A stretch of DNA of 64,000 bases from Podarcis tiliguerta (Eukaryota), in the NCBI GenBank assembly GCA_965153285.1, contig OZ229112.1, one strand, 5' to 3'. Of the stretch, positions 50,912 to 62,216 are shown piece by piece (the first letter of the stretch is position 1; each line of letters starts with the position of its first letter). The notes under the pieces were generated by a model. It did not search any database, was not told where the DNA came from, and saw only the letters and a list, made by a program, of their open reading frames with translations. Position numbers and translations under genes: made by a program.

Positions 50912-53900
50912 TAATGAGTATGTTAGGAATACATTATTCTCTGGAATGTTTTGACAGTTTTATTTTGACTGTTTTTCATGTAGTGTATGTGCTCTGCAGC
51001 CTGCATTGGGTCCATTCTTCTGGTGGAAGGTGGAAATTGTTCATATAAAATAAATAAATTATATTCTGAAGTAAAACAGAAAGTGATAGGCAGATGCTCT
51101 TGTGTGGCTGCGTCTTCTTCTCATGATAAGGGACCATATGAACAGTAACTCACTTCCATTATCTTAAACATGCAGAAGTGGGTAGGGATCAGAATTCATT
51201 GACAGCATACAGTGACCTGATAGTAACCAGAGACAGTCACACCCTATGGCTTACCACAATTCTCTCTCTGTGTGTAAACAAAGGCTGGGCAGTCACCTCT
51301 GAAAATACTCTGGATGGTGCTCTCCCTTACATGGTCCCTGTGCGTAGCGGTGGAGGGAGATAATCCCTTTCCAATCTGCTTGAGAGCACCTCTCTTACTT
51401 CCAACACCCTTGGTGCATCAGCTAGTATTCGAACAGGGTTACTTGCATCAAACCCAACATGCATAGGCCCAAATGGCACCTCTAGTGCCATAAAAGAACA
51501 TTGATATGGGGGGGAGGGCATTGCCCAGACCTCTGGTCTGCCAGTTTTAGAAGGTGGTTTCACAGACATACACAAAAGTTTTCAGAAATGAAAAAGCTCC
51601 ACTTCCATACTTGGTACATATATACAAACACAAAACAGGCACACATTTCTGGACAGGGGTGTGTGAGGCTGGTGCTCAGCAGCAGCAGCAGCATCATCTT
51701 CCAATGCATCTCATCCCCTTGCAAGAACTTTTGTGGGATGTGAGTGTTAATAACCCAGTTGCACCTCTGCCTCCCCCTCAAGATGCTCCACTCATCAGCA
51801 ATGGCCACTTCCCACATGCTGTACCTCTCACAAGCTGCCACAGGACAAATTTCTCATTACCATCCGTGAGACAGTGCTGCACGAAACACCAATGTACAAC
51901 CCAACAATGCTTGCCATGTGACTCCTGTTCCATTGGTTTTATGTATGGCTACTTTTTGCTAGCTTGTGCCAGCGGGCTCTGAGTGTATTATTAAAGGCAA
52001 TTTAGCCCCAAACCAGGAAAAAATCATTAGCTGGCTACATGTTTCGGATCAGGTCTCTGGATTATATGAGTCTGTTATGTTTGGTACTAATCCACGGCAA
52101 ATACTGCTAAAGCAATCAATTTGTTCTTTCACATCAGATTTTAAAAGTTAACAGTTTCCAAAGCTACTTCAAAAGTTAAAATTGTGGGTAAGAAAGGCAA
52201 CTTCCATACAGTATATTTATGCCACGTTGATATATAATTATCAAGCCATGGTGTATTTTCAGCTGTGTCACTCTTGGTTCATTTTGCCACATCAGTAATC
52301 CTACAAGAACATCCTTCTTCTAGCAAGGCAATTATCTCACTTATCCTGTAACCTGCCTTCTGTTGCCCCAGGGAAGAGTGAACAGTAAACAGATTGTCAA
52401 AGCTTTAACTGGGCTATCCAGTTAAAGCACTTTAAAGGAAAGTGACCCCTCTAGGGAAAAGAGAGAAACAAGGCAAGGCTGTGCCAAGGTGCTTTCCTTC
52501 AGTCACACACTGTAAAGACTGATTCACACATTATGCTTTCTTGTAAGTAGGAAGCACTCAAGGGAAGGAAAGTGGGAATAAGTAATACAGTGAACTCTCA
52601 AGTGACTGGGGCGCACGTGCTATATTCTGGGGGTCATGCCTCAAGCCAAAATCACATATAGTCAAAACATATTTGGTAGGTGGGAGTGACATATTTTTTT
52701 TTAAGGACACCTTCCCCCTTTATAATAGCAAAGTGCGTAAAGGTTTGGTTTCTGAATCCCAAAACAAATATTATACAATTTATACCAATGGTTGTGAATT
52801 CCCCATTCAAGATGGTGGTTTCCACTTGGATTGAAATTTAGGAATCACTTTTTAATTGGAGTTGGATTTTACCTCAGGCCAACATAAACATTTGGTTCAC
52901 TGAAGTCTGCTGTGATTAGTGCATTGTCTTCAGCCACTCTGTACTTGAACAGATGCAAATGAGCAGAACACTGACCTGATTGTTTTACAATGAAGCACTC
53001 TTCTGAAAACAAAATGGTTGCCGACTAGGCTTCCTGAAGTCAACAGCAAGGCTACTAACAAACGTTCAGGGTTGTATTCATAGTGAGACTGATAGCTATC
53101 CTTTCTCCTCAGTAATTTTTAAGGGGCCACAGCCTGCAATCCATTTATTAACTCAGGGCTTGTTCTGCAGCAATATTTTCCAAATTTTAGGTGGGAAAAA
53201 ATGATCTGTAGTTTCATGGAAGCTTTACCCAGGGAAGAATCCCACCACACACCACAATATGATTACTTTGATGTCAAAATAACCCCTGCACAAAGAGCAT
53301 CCTAAAGGCAACAGACACAACCGGGAACTCAAAGCTAGCAACCATTATCGTTCAGCGTAGCGATGTTGCAGCAGACCACACAGTCATATGGTCAAAATAC
53401 CCCCCCCCCCCCCGTTTGTTGTTACAAGGTTAATATGAATGGGCCTACTGGAGCAAGTGGGAGGATAAACCTACAGAATGAGAATGAGAAAATGTTCTTA
53501 TGCTCTTCCTCTGCACTTGCCTCCTGAATGACAATCTCCGATTGCCTCTTTGAGTAGGAGGGAAGGTGACTTCTCCCAGTGTACACACAATCTTTTACTG
53601 AGTTTGCACATCTAAGGATCAGAACAACTTTTGAAAAGTGACAACCCCAAGGTTCATGACTGGAACAGGGAGAAAGCTCATTCACCAGCCATTTATCAAT
53701 TCCGTGGTAATGAAAGTCGAATGCAAAATTCTAGTTAAGGTAATAAGCCAATTCTACTTCATTTACTCAGAGCAAATGCTATTTGCTTAAGGAGTAATAA
53801 AAGATTTTAAATATTTTGTTGGCTCAGCTCTATAGAAGTAGATGCTCTAATGCTCTTGTCTAGAAGGGGATTATTACCATATGAGCCACTGCTGTACTAT

Positions 53901-54826
53901 TTATCTTTGCAGCTTCACAAGACAGTGGAAAGATACAATACTGTATGTCTGCAAGTCACATATTCACTACTGTGGTGTGTTTTTTCCTGGTGTGTGGAGC
54001 TGTCCTCCATTATTTCATAGATAGTGTCGTAAACGCAACAAACTGATCTCTCTCAAGTGCACTTTTACTGGGAAACAATAGCTGGAGAGGCCTGGTGCAC
54101 TTTTGCTCTCTGCCTGTGGGCTTCCCATGGGTTTTTGGTTTGCCACGACTAGGAACAGAATGCAGGCCAAGGAGAATCTTCAGCATGATCCAGCAGGGCT
54201 CTATTACAGCTAAAAACCTTTTGCATTAGTAACTAACCTTACCTTCTTCATAGCTAAACACAGGAAGCAACCTTACACTGGGCCAGACCATTGAAGCTTC
54301 TAGCTATTTTGTCTATTCTGCAATGGCTCTCCAAGGTTTCAGAGAGATGCCTTTCCCAGCCTTAGCCCACCTTTGTCATGGGAGATAAAAGGGTCTGAAC
54401 TTGAGATCTTCTGCATGCAAAGCAGATAAATGTCCTACCACTGAAATCAAGGCCCTTCTATAGGCTTGGCAACTTTTCCTTCCCACCCTTCTGTCAAAAT
54501 CTTGATTTTCCATTGAACTGTAAAAGAGCATGCTTCACTGCTACAAAAATGAAGTCTGTAATGGCAATAGGAGGGAATAACATCTGTGTCTTCCATTCTG
54601 TTTACATTTTGACAAACCATTTTTTTCCAGGTTGCAGAAAAAAGAATGCCACCTTTGAACCAGCGTACCAAAATGTCAGGTCAGCTCTTCTGCTTTCCTT
54701 ACAGCTTTTTTCATTGAATTTTATAGTCAGCAAACAATACTGCATCCAATAGTAATCTAGAAATATGTACTATTATTGTGCAAGGCACCATCGTATACTG
54801 CAAATAATTTTTAAAAGCGAATTTAC

Positions 54827-54934
54827 CTGAAGTGGGCTAACTGATGACCTATTTCTATGTAATGCAAATAATTTATGAGTATTGTCCTCTTCTTCTGATG
54901 CAGGCATCTTTAAACCAGAACTGGTAAGTAGATT
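54827..54934 (-). CDS. MYB: MYB exon 14 (NLLTSSGLKMPASEEEDNTHKLFALHRNRSSVSPLQ)
   Basis: catcag acceptor, CAG|gtaaat donor, 108 nt, homologous to c-Myb NILTSS..SPLQ. Confidence 0.93.
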
Positions 54935-55132
54935 CTGATGAAACAATAAAAAATTAGAGGTAATTGAAAAGGAAGAATGAATGAATATGCTGAATACATT
55001 ATTTCAATGATTTAATTTCAGTCATTTAAAACAGTAATTTGGGTACAAGATGTTGCTAGGCATTGTCACAGCCTGATCCTAGAACAATCACTTGGAAGGA
55101 AGTTCCAATGTGTGCATTTCTGAATTGGCAAT

Positions 55133-55823
55133 TGTGGTGAGGTCATATAACCAAGTCTGATTGGTTATACCGAGTCATGACATTACATACACAACGTGAA
55201 AAAGAGACAGTTAAAAGGGAGATGTTGTTTTGGAGCAGCTGCTGAGAGAGGCAACAAGTACTGTATCAGCGAACAGGCAGAAATGATAAATAATGGCCTG
55301 GGTGTTTTCAGAGAACATCTCACCCTCCAGAAACACCAAACTGCATGCCCTTGTTGAGCATTAAGCCCCTTTCAACTCAGCAGAATGTGGGAAATTGTAG
55401 CAAAATGTAACTGGCAAGCTTAGGGCTAGTTAATGCATGAAGGGATTGAGACCACAGAACTCTATTCGTAGACTCGGGTCACGCTCCCTCACCTCCAGTG
55501 AAGAAGGAAGTGACCCTTCCTTTGTTTGGTCTCTTCCACCATGTGAAACTGACCAGGCAACATTGGTCCGGACTTGACCAATTTGAGCCCAGACTGTGTG
55601 CTCAGAAATATTTTTCTGTATTTTGTAACCCAATAATTTTCTACCTGTGTTCTTCTTGCTGCTGCATGGAATAACTCATGAATCTGACCTTTGGAGTTTG
55701 TAAGTAAAGCATTTAAACTTACTACCAGTGTGGTCGGTTCATTGTGAGAGGGTTAGAGAAGGGAAGCACTGTAAGACGACTAAACAGGATATTGAAAGGG
55801 TCTAACAGCTTATATACCTCACA
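55133..55823 (+). mobile_element. Possible solo LTR in MYB intron 13
   Basis: TG...CA ends with short inverted termini (GTGAGGTCATATAA / TTATATACCTCAC), CCAAT box near 55158, AGTAAA near 55703; no clear TSD. Confidence 0.35.
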
Positions 55824-56985
55824 CTTCACTGAGCTGCATGATTCTGTGATTTTAAGGCTCTCTCTTGCTGGAGAGTGTGTTTAGTTCTGTGCTTTGGATC
55901 TAGGGATCTAGCTAATTCTTTATTAACTCATCCCACAAAGGTGATTTATCTATATCTATATTCTCCACACACAGAACATACTTAGTTCTGATTAAAGAAG
56001 CATAGGATAGGGCTGTCAGATTCTTAAAAGAGAAATCATAGTGATGTAAGGTTTATTTTCAGCAAACTACTTAAGCTAAGCTTAACGTAAACAGCTAAGC
56101 AGCACACTGCATTGAAAGGATCAGAATGACATGCATGCTAAAGTGGGAATTTCCTTGTCCTTTAGTTGACAGTATTAACATGCAGTCTGACTCACACAGC
56201 CCAGTAAAACTGAAAACACGCAAGGCTAAATCTGGTACCAGTCACTTTAAGGGAACAGTGAGAAATAAAATTTAAATAGCAGTAAATCGGCTTAAGTACA
56301 AGTATGTAGCAATTGGACTATGTTGTGTTCTAATCCCATTTATATTAAAAATGAAATTATGCCATTTACAAAGGGTTTTGGGCAAAGAAAGTAAACATTT
56401 CACTGATTCCACTGACTTCAGCAAACACTTCAGTGATCCAATTATGAGCAGAACTTTGGCTCAGCTTTTTACACAACCTAAAGTGCACTCTGTACCAGCA
56501 CAGTTATTTTGTATATACAATATAAAGAAAAACTGGTGAACTTAAGGTGAAAAATGTTTTGGCACAATCCAGCCCAAATTAAGTGCATATATATAATGAT
56601 TTTCAAACCAAAGTTAAGCGTTTTAGTGTCCTGTTCATTACAATGGGAATATTAAACATGCCTTTAGTTAAAAAGAAGATTTCCACGTGCGTATTGTAGG
56701 CTGTACATTTTTTTACTATTTGAATTTCAGAAGGGGGTGGGGGAAAAAGGCTTTAGCAACAAGTGGCTCTACCTAAGGCATTTTCTCTGGGGAAAGGTTT
56801 TCCAACCCTTTCCTGCAGAATTACCCATTTTGCAGACAAATCAGCCCACACAGCAGCCTGGTGACATGGTCAGAGGAAACATCTTGGTGAGACAGATGTG
56901 GCTCCTGAGCTGTATCTGCTTGTTTACCACAGCTTCCAAATATGCCATGTCACAAAAAGCGCAAGATTCATAGCTTAATACATAC

Positions 56986-57096
56986 CGGCACATCTTCCCC
57001 AGTGGACACATGTGTGAACAGCTGTGTGTTCAGCCCTTCCGCTTCCCAATGGTTTGAGGAAAAGAAGTTTCCTGCTTTGCCTGTTGGAGACTCTAC
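56986..57096 (-). CDS. MYB: MYB exon 13 (VESPTGKAGNFFSSNHWEAEGLNTQLFTHVSTGEDVP)
   Basis: ttatag acceptor, CCG|gtatgt donor, 111 nt, completes the EVES motif. Confidence 0.95.
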
Positions 57097-58027
57097 CTAT
57101 AAGCAGAAAGCAGAGCAATGTTTCAAATATCAACAACTGACTTACTTTATCCCTATTTAGCAGAACCTGTAACTGTTATTTCCAGATAAAGTTGGCCTAC
57201 ATCGCAATTTAGCTTTGTCAGTGTATCTTAGTTCTTGAAAAGTCACTCTCTGTATGACATAACATTAAGTTCTGACATTCAGGATTAATTCAATTTAAAA
57301 AAACAATTTAAACAATAATTTAAGCTGCTGGAAATCTAGACCGCAACTAAGTTCTTAGTGGGGCCATCAATGAAAAATTGTAGTCTTTTTACATTATGTA
57401 AAAGATTTGCAAGGCTTCACTGATTAACTTTCTTGTTTCTGAGAATTCCACTAAAGCCAGAGAGTATGAAATTTTTGAAATTAATGGTTTACAAGGCTCG
57501 ACATAGTTTGTTGTATGTAAGGACCAGGATAATCTATTCTCAACATATAAAAATCAGGCACCAATTGTATACTTTTTGCTGTGGAAGCAATGGCCTTCTC
57601 TGAAAGACAGAAATGACAGGACAGTAGGCCCACAACTTATGCAGGCGTTACATTCCAGGGATCTCACCCAAAACCAAAATGGAGTATAGTCAAAACCCAT
57701 TAAGTTCAATGGAGGATAGATGGCCAAAGTCGCCCCCTTTTTATTATTTGCCATGCGCATGAAGCTGAATGCGCACAAGTTAACTGCATGCAAGTGGCAG
57801 GCTTACTGTACTGTTTCTGTGACATATTATGGTTCACCTAATATGTTTGCTTACAAATATTTAAGATTGAGGAAATATTTGAACAATCTGATCCAGGTCC
57901 TAATGATCTTTAAAATTAAAACATGGCAAAATTGGCTTCTTGCCAGAGTAAGTGAATCAATTTAAGACACTTCTGGGCAATGTGAGCCCAGTTTTAAGTG
58001 GTCTTAGATAAATATTGTTTAACTTGC

Positions 58028-58153
58028 CTCCTGTTTGATTTTCTTCAACAAAGGGGATCCATTTTCACATATGCCAGAAGCAATGTCAGTTTCATTGGAC
58101 TCTTGTTTGATAACATCTTGCAGATCATCTACAAGGTGAGCTGGTGTCTGAGG
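58028..58153 (-). CDS. MYB: MYB exon 12 (PQTPAHLVDDLQDVIKQESNETDIASGICENGSPLLKKIKQE)
   Basis: ttttag acceptor, 126 nt, two IKQE SUMO consensus sites; donor is GAG|GCAAGT (GC-AG intron). Confidence 0.95.
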
Positions 58154-58251
58154 CTAAAAACGAAAAATAAGTATGCAATGAAACAACACAAAACACTTCG
58201 TATCATCCTCATATAAATCCAATTTTTATCACAGTTTCCCCCCCTTCTTAC

Positions 58252-58366
58252 CAGCATTTTCAAGGGTCCATATTTGAATTCTTGAGCTGCGAGTGCATTT
58301 TTAAATGGAGTTGGTGTTCTTGGAGAGCTCTCCAATATTGATCTTTTGATAGCTGGAGTTCTGAAG
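58252..58366 (-). CDS. MYB: MYB exon 11 (FRTPAIKRSILESSPRTPTPFKNALAAQEFKYGPLKML)
   Basis: TPTPF motif; ctcag acceptor, CTG|gtaaga donor, 115 nt. Confidence 0.97.
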
Positions 58367-58589
58367 CTGAGTCCACAAAAGGGGGGTGGGGGGAAGAGAA
58401 ATTAGGAAGTAGTTTGAATCTTTTTGCTGAAATCCTAGTTTAGAGTAGTGTCACATTGAAAGGTTGACTTGTGTACTGCAAAATTCTATGTTCTAAACAG
58501 CCATGCGCACTATGGGGATAATAATGAGGGCATGTATTTCAGGGGTGCTGTGGGCACTGCTGAAATAATGTCCACAAACCGCTTCAAGC

Positions 58590-58830
58590 ACTTAGGAATA
58601 ATGATGGCGGATGCAGAGTGCAATTTGGTTGGCTTTAAAAGAGGACTGGACAAATTCATGGATGATATGGCTAACAGTGGCTACAGCTGGAGGCAGAATT
58701 CTTATGAACACGTTGCTGGAAACTACAGGAGAGGTCTTCTGCTCAGGTCCCACTTGTAGGTTTCCCACTGTGGGAACAAGATACTGGGCCACTGGCCTAA
58801 CCTAGCAGGATTTGCTTTTGTTCTAATTAT
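58590..58830 (+). mobile_element. Degraded CR1-like LINE 3' fragment in MYB intron 10
   Basis: GGCTTTAAAAGAGGACTGGACAAATTCATGG (GFKRGLDKFM), a CR1 ORF2 terminal motif. Confidence 0.65.
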
Positions 58831-59151
58831 ATGTGCCCAGAAGGACATCCACTATAAGATGGTAGGAACAACTGACCTAGTGGCCACCATACTAGTTCAA
58901 AAGCTGCCCTACACATCTGGCCTCATTCATGTCAATGGAAGGAGCAGCTCCAAATGGACAATGCCGAGCTGCCCTCCACTGAAATGAATGGGATGCTTAC
59001 TTACAGAGAAGCACTGTCTACCCAACCAAAACCCAACAAACTCTGGATCAGGGTGAAAGAAATCAAGATGCATGTTCGTAGCCTATTTTAGCTGTTATAG
59101 TAATATGGCAAAAGTGCATTTAAAAAATAATAATAAAGCAAGAGAAATTAC

Positions 59152-59294
59152 ATATTATTCTCCTTCTGTATCTTAAATGCTTGGTCTCTGTGAAGAGGTG
59201 CTGTAACAGTGAGTTTATGAGCACAGAGGGGAGTGGAAGTTAAAGTTGGATTGTCCAGGTCCAGGCTTTCTTGGCTTGATGAGGTGTTCAAGAA
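59152..59294 (-). CDS. MYB: MYB exon 10 (FLNTSSSQESLDLDNPTLTSTPLCAHKLTVTAPLHRDQAFKIQKENN)
   Basis: ttgcag acceptor, AT|gtaatt donor, 143 nt, homologous to c-Myb FLNTSS..LTSTP..QKEN. Confidence 0.95.
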
Positions 59295-60522
59295 CTGCAA
59301 ATATTTAAAAAAGAGAGGGAATCTCAGTTAACAGGAGTGCTTCTTCCACGAACTTACAGTGAAACTGTATCAACAGCAGCGTCATGTTGTGTGGCAGTGA
59401 GTATTTTGGTTGCGATGCTCCCAAAGTAAAGTTTCACATTTCTAGTGTTTGGCCTACACAAATATATTCCTTTGGTTTTGTTACAAGATTATTTATAGAA
59501 ACAAGTATTTGTTTTACCTCACTGAGTTTATTTGTCTTTGCAAAGAATGTCTAATAATATGAAAGAACCTTGGAGCTTGGTTCATGAGAGGTACTGGGTG
59601 ACGTCTGCCTAGGTCATGAGCAGAGTACAGCCAATGAAATTTATGGACTTGACTTCAATTATTTCAACGGGTCCACTCCAAATAAGTAAAGATACCACCC
59701 ACTGAACCTTGTACCATGAAATATGGCAACTAGATTGTTTTAAAAAATTAAATGTTCCTATTTTATCCATTAAAACTGATTGTTTTACTTTCACAGAACA
59801 GAAAGTAAAAGTTGCAGAGATTTTCAAAATTACTACTTTGATGTAAATATTTAATTTGCTGAAAAAGGGCTGCTACTGCAGAATTTAGGAAATAAACTTC
59901 ATTAGCAGTAATGACTGTCATTAACTCAACATGTTGTTGTTTCAAAATCTACATGGTTAAGCAGAAGTCCACAAGCCACTTAAACCAATTCACGTACTCT
60001 TAATCTGTTTAGTCCATTCAATGAGATGCATATACCTTAAATATATCAAGTAGTTTGTAACTCACACCTTACTGTTCAAAAATGTTTTCAAAGAATCATT
60101 TATTTTAAATCACTTGTTAGTTTGCAACATAATTTGGACACCATTGTCTGTTTAGTGTAAATTTAGGGAGTCAGTGAACCCAAATGTGCAAAGTATGGGG
60201 TAAGAAAAAATAGTTACAGGAAACAGAAATGTTAAATTCTGATAGCTGAAGGAATGACAAGCAAGAGCAAAGCAAACAAACCGCTACCCCCTTGAAAACC
60301 ACCAAGAATAAGACACACAAGAGAAAAGCAAATTTATCAGTTAGATTGTTGGCAGTCTAAACTCCATGGTGAAGAGTAAGCTATGAACAAATTCAAAATT
60401 GGAGAGCAATCAGTGAGTGCAACAGGAATTAGTCATTCGTTCCAATGATTAGTTCTCCTATGTTGTTAACACCTTGCTGACTTTTGAGGATTAGTAAAAT
60501 CTGTGCAGAAATCTTGCTCTAC

Positions 60523-60882
60523 CTGCGAGGGAGAGAATGACAGGCTTTTGACAGGGGAGCGCTTAGGAGTTGAGCTCCTGACATCAGCAAGTATGAAGGA
60601 CTTATGGCCACTGGCTAAGTGGCTGGGATGCCCTCTCTTTGTGCGCAGAAACACCAACGGAGCTGTGCCACATTTTGAGCCAGCCAAGGACTTGGGCAAG
60701 GCAAGGGAATCCTGACTCAACATGGCTTTGCTCAGGTTTGAGAGAGGGTGTCCTTCGGGCCTACATGCACTGGCCTCTGTTTGCTGAAGCTGTGGGGCTT
60801 TGGCAGAGGGAGCTCGGCTAGGCGAGGTGTCTGCTTCTTCAGAGAATTCAAAACTGCTGAGATCACCCCATGATGAAGGATC
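60523..60882 (-). CDS. MYB: MYB alternative exon 9B (p89 isoform insert; DPSSWGDLSSFEFSEEAD...SSTPKRSPVKSLSFSPSQ)
   Basis: ttttag acceptor, CAG|gtagag donor, 360 nt in frame without stops, phase 0/0; termini match the p89 insert (DSSSWCDLSSFEF...TPKRSPVKSLPFSPSQ). Confidence 0.93.
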
Positions 60883-61958
60883 CTAAAAACAATGGGGGAA
60901 GTCACGAATCTATGAGACAGTGTACGATGCCCTCTCATTGAAAAAAAAAAAAGTATAGCACTAACATAACAACTTTAGTAAACGAGAAACAAAGTAAAGG
61001 AGCCACTGTTCCTCATTTTTAAGTCATTTTGACCCAGTTTCAGTCTTTCCCAAATGAAAACTATCCTAATGGTGGATTCCTAAAAGAAGCAACTCTCCCC
61101 CTCCCTTACCACTCTGTTACAGTCTGTGACCCATCTGCTTTATTAAGGAGGTAGGATTCTTAAGTGAAAAGGATACAGTCAAGCAGGTGATGCTGTCATA
61201 ATGAATATGTTTTGCCAAACGTTTGGTTTCAGCCCATACTTTTTAAAGAGCCCTATGTCAGTCTTAGAATTTCTACACGAAAGACTTAGAATCTTCAAAA
61301 ATGACGTGTGATTTCTTGAAGTTTTTGTAGAAGAAAATCATGAATGCAATGTGTGTTTCACAAAAAAGGAGGGATCCAGGAAGGTACACAGAAGTGTACA
61401 GTCACTTGAAATGGAACTAAAAATACACATAGAGTTGTGTGTGTTTTGTAATGTACAGTATGAATTCACTGTTAAAAGGCACAACATATTTAGGAATAAT
61501 TTTAAATATGCCAGCTCACTTAGAATAAATTTATCCTTTGCAGGTTAATATATAAGCAACCTGAAAACACTAACAATAATGATTCTATACACGCATGTTA
61601 CGTGCAAATGTTTACCTGCGCTTGATAAATTTTGGGAGCCCACAAACAACAAGCTACGGCTAAATGCTCGGATCCTACCACTGTTATTCAGAAATAAGAG
61701 CCCATCTATTTAAATGAGACTTACTTCCAAGTAAGCTTGCATAGGCCTGGGTTATAAGTTGTAAATGTGCAGCAAAAAACAAAACAAAAACCAACTGTAC
61801 TAAAGGTGGCCCTGGTGAAAGTTTACCCTGGATATGGGATTATTCAGCAACAAAGCAAACAAGACAGACAGAATGTAAGAAAACAAACTGATATAGAAAT
61901 AGCATATGACTCCAGTCCTTATACCAGCCACACCTTAGAGGATGACCATTCTACTTAC

Positions 61959-62216
61959 GGAATCTATCAGCTGAAGCGTTTCCGCAAATTCTAAGAGATT
62001 CTTAACATTATCCAGGAAGTTACTCTGGTGAACAATCATGCACCTTGCAGGGGATGCACTTTCTTCCGGCAAGCAGCCATGATCCACTGGTGGAGATGGA
62101 ATACAGTGATGATGCTCCCCCAAAGAGGAAATGGGCGCACTATTACCACTAGTTCTGGTACTGTCTGCAATTGCGGTGCTGTGCCATCCTGGGTAATCTG
62201 ACGTGTGGTTCTGTGT
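61959..62216 (-). CDS. MYB: MYB exon 9 (TQNHTSDYPGWHST...LPEESASPARCMIVHQSNFLDNVKNLLEFAETLQLIDS)
   Basis: FAETL / leucine-zipper motif; cctttag acceptor, TCC|gtaagt donor, 258 nt; exons 1-8 lie beyond the window. Confidence 0.97.

Noticed and set aside
50625-50954. Plus-strand 109-aa ORF
   Set aside because: Antisense reading of the BovB fragment
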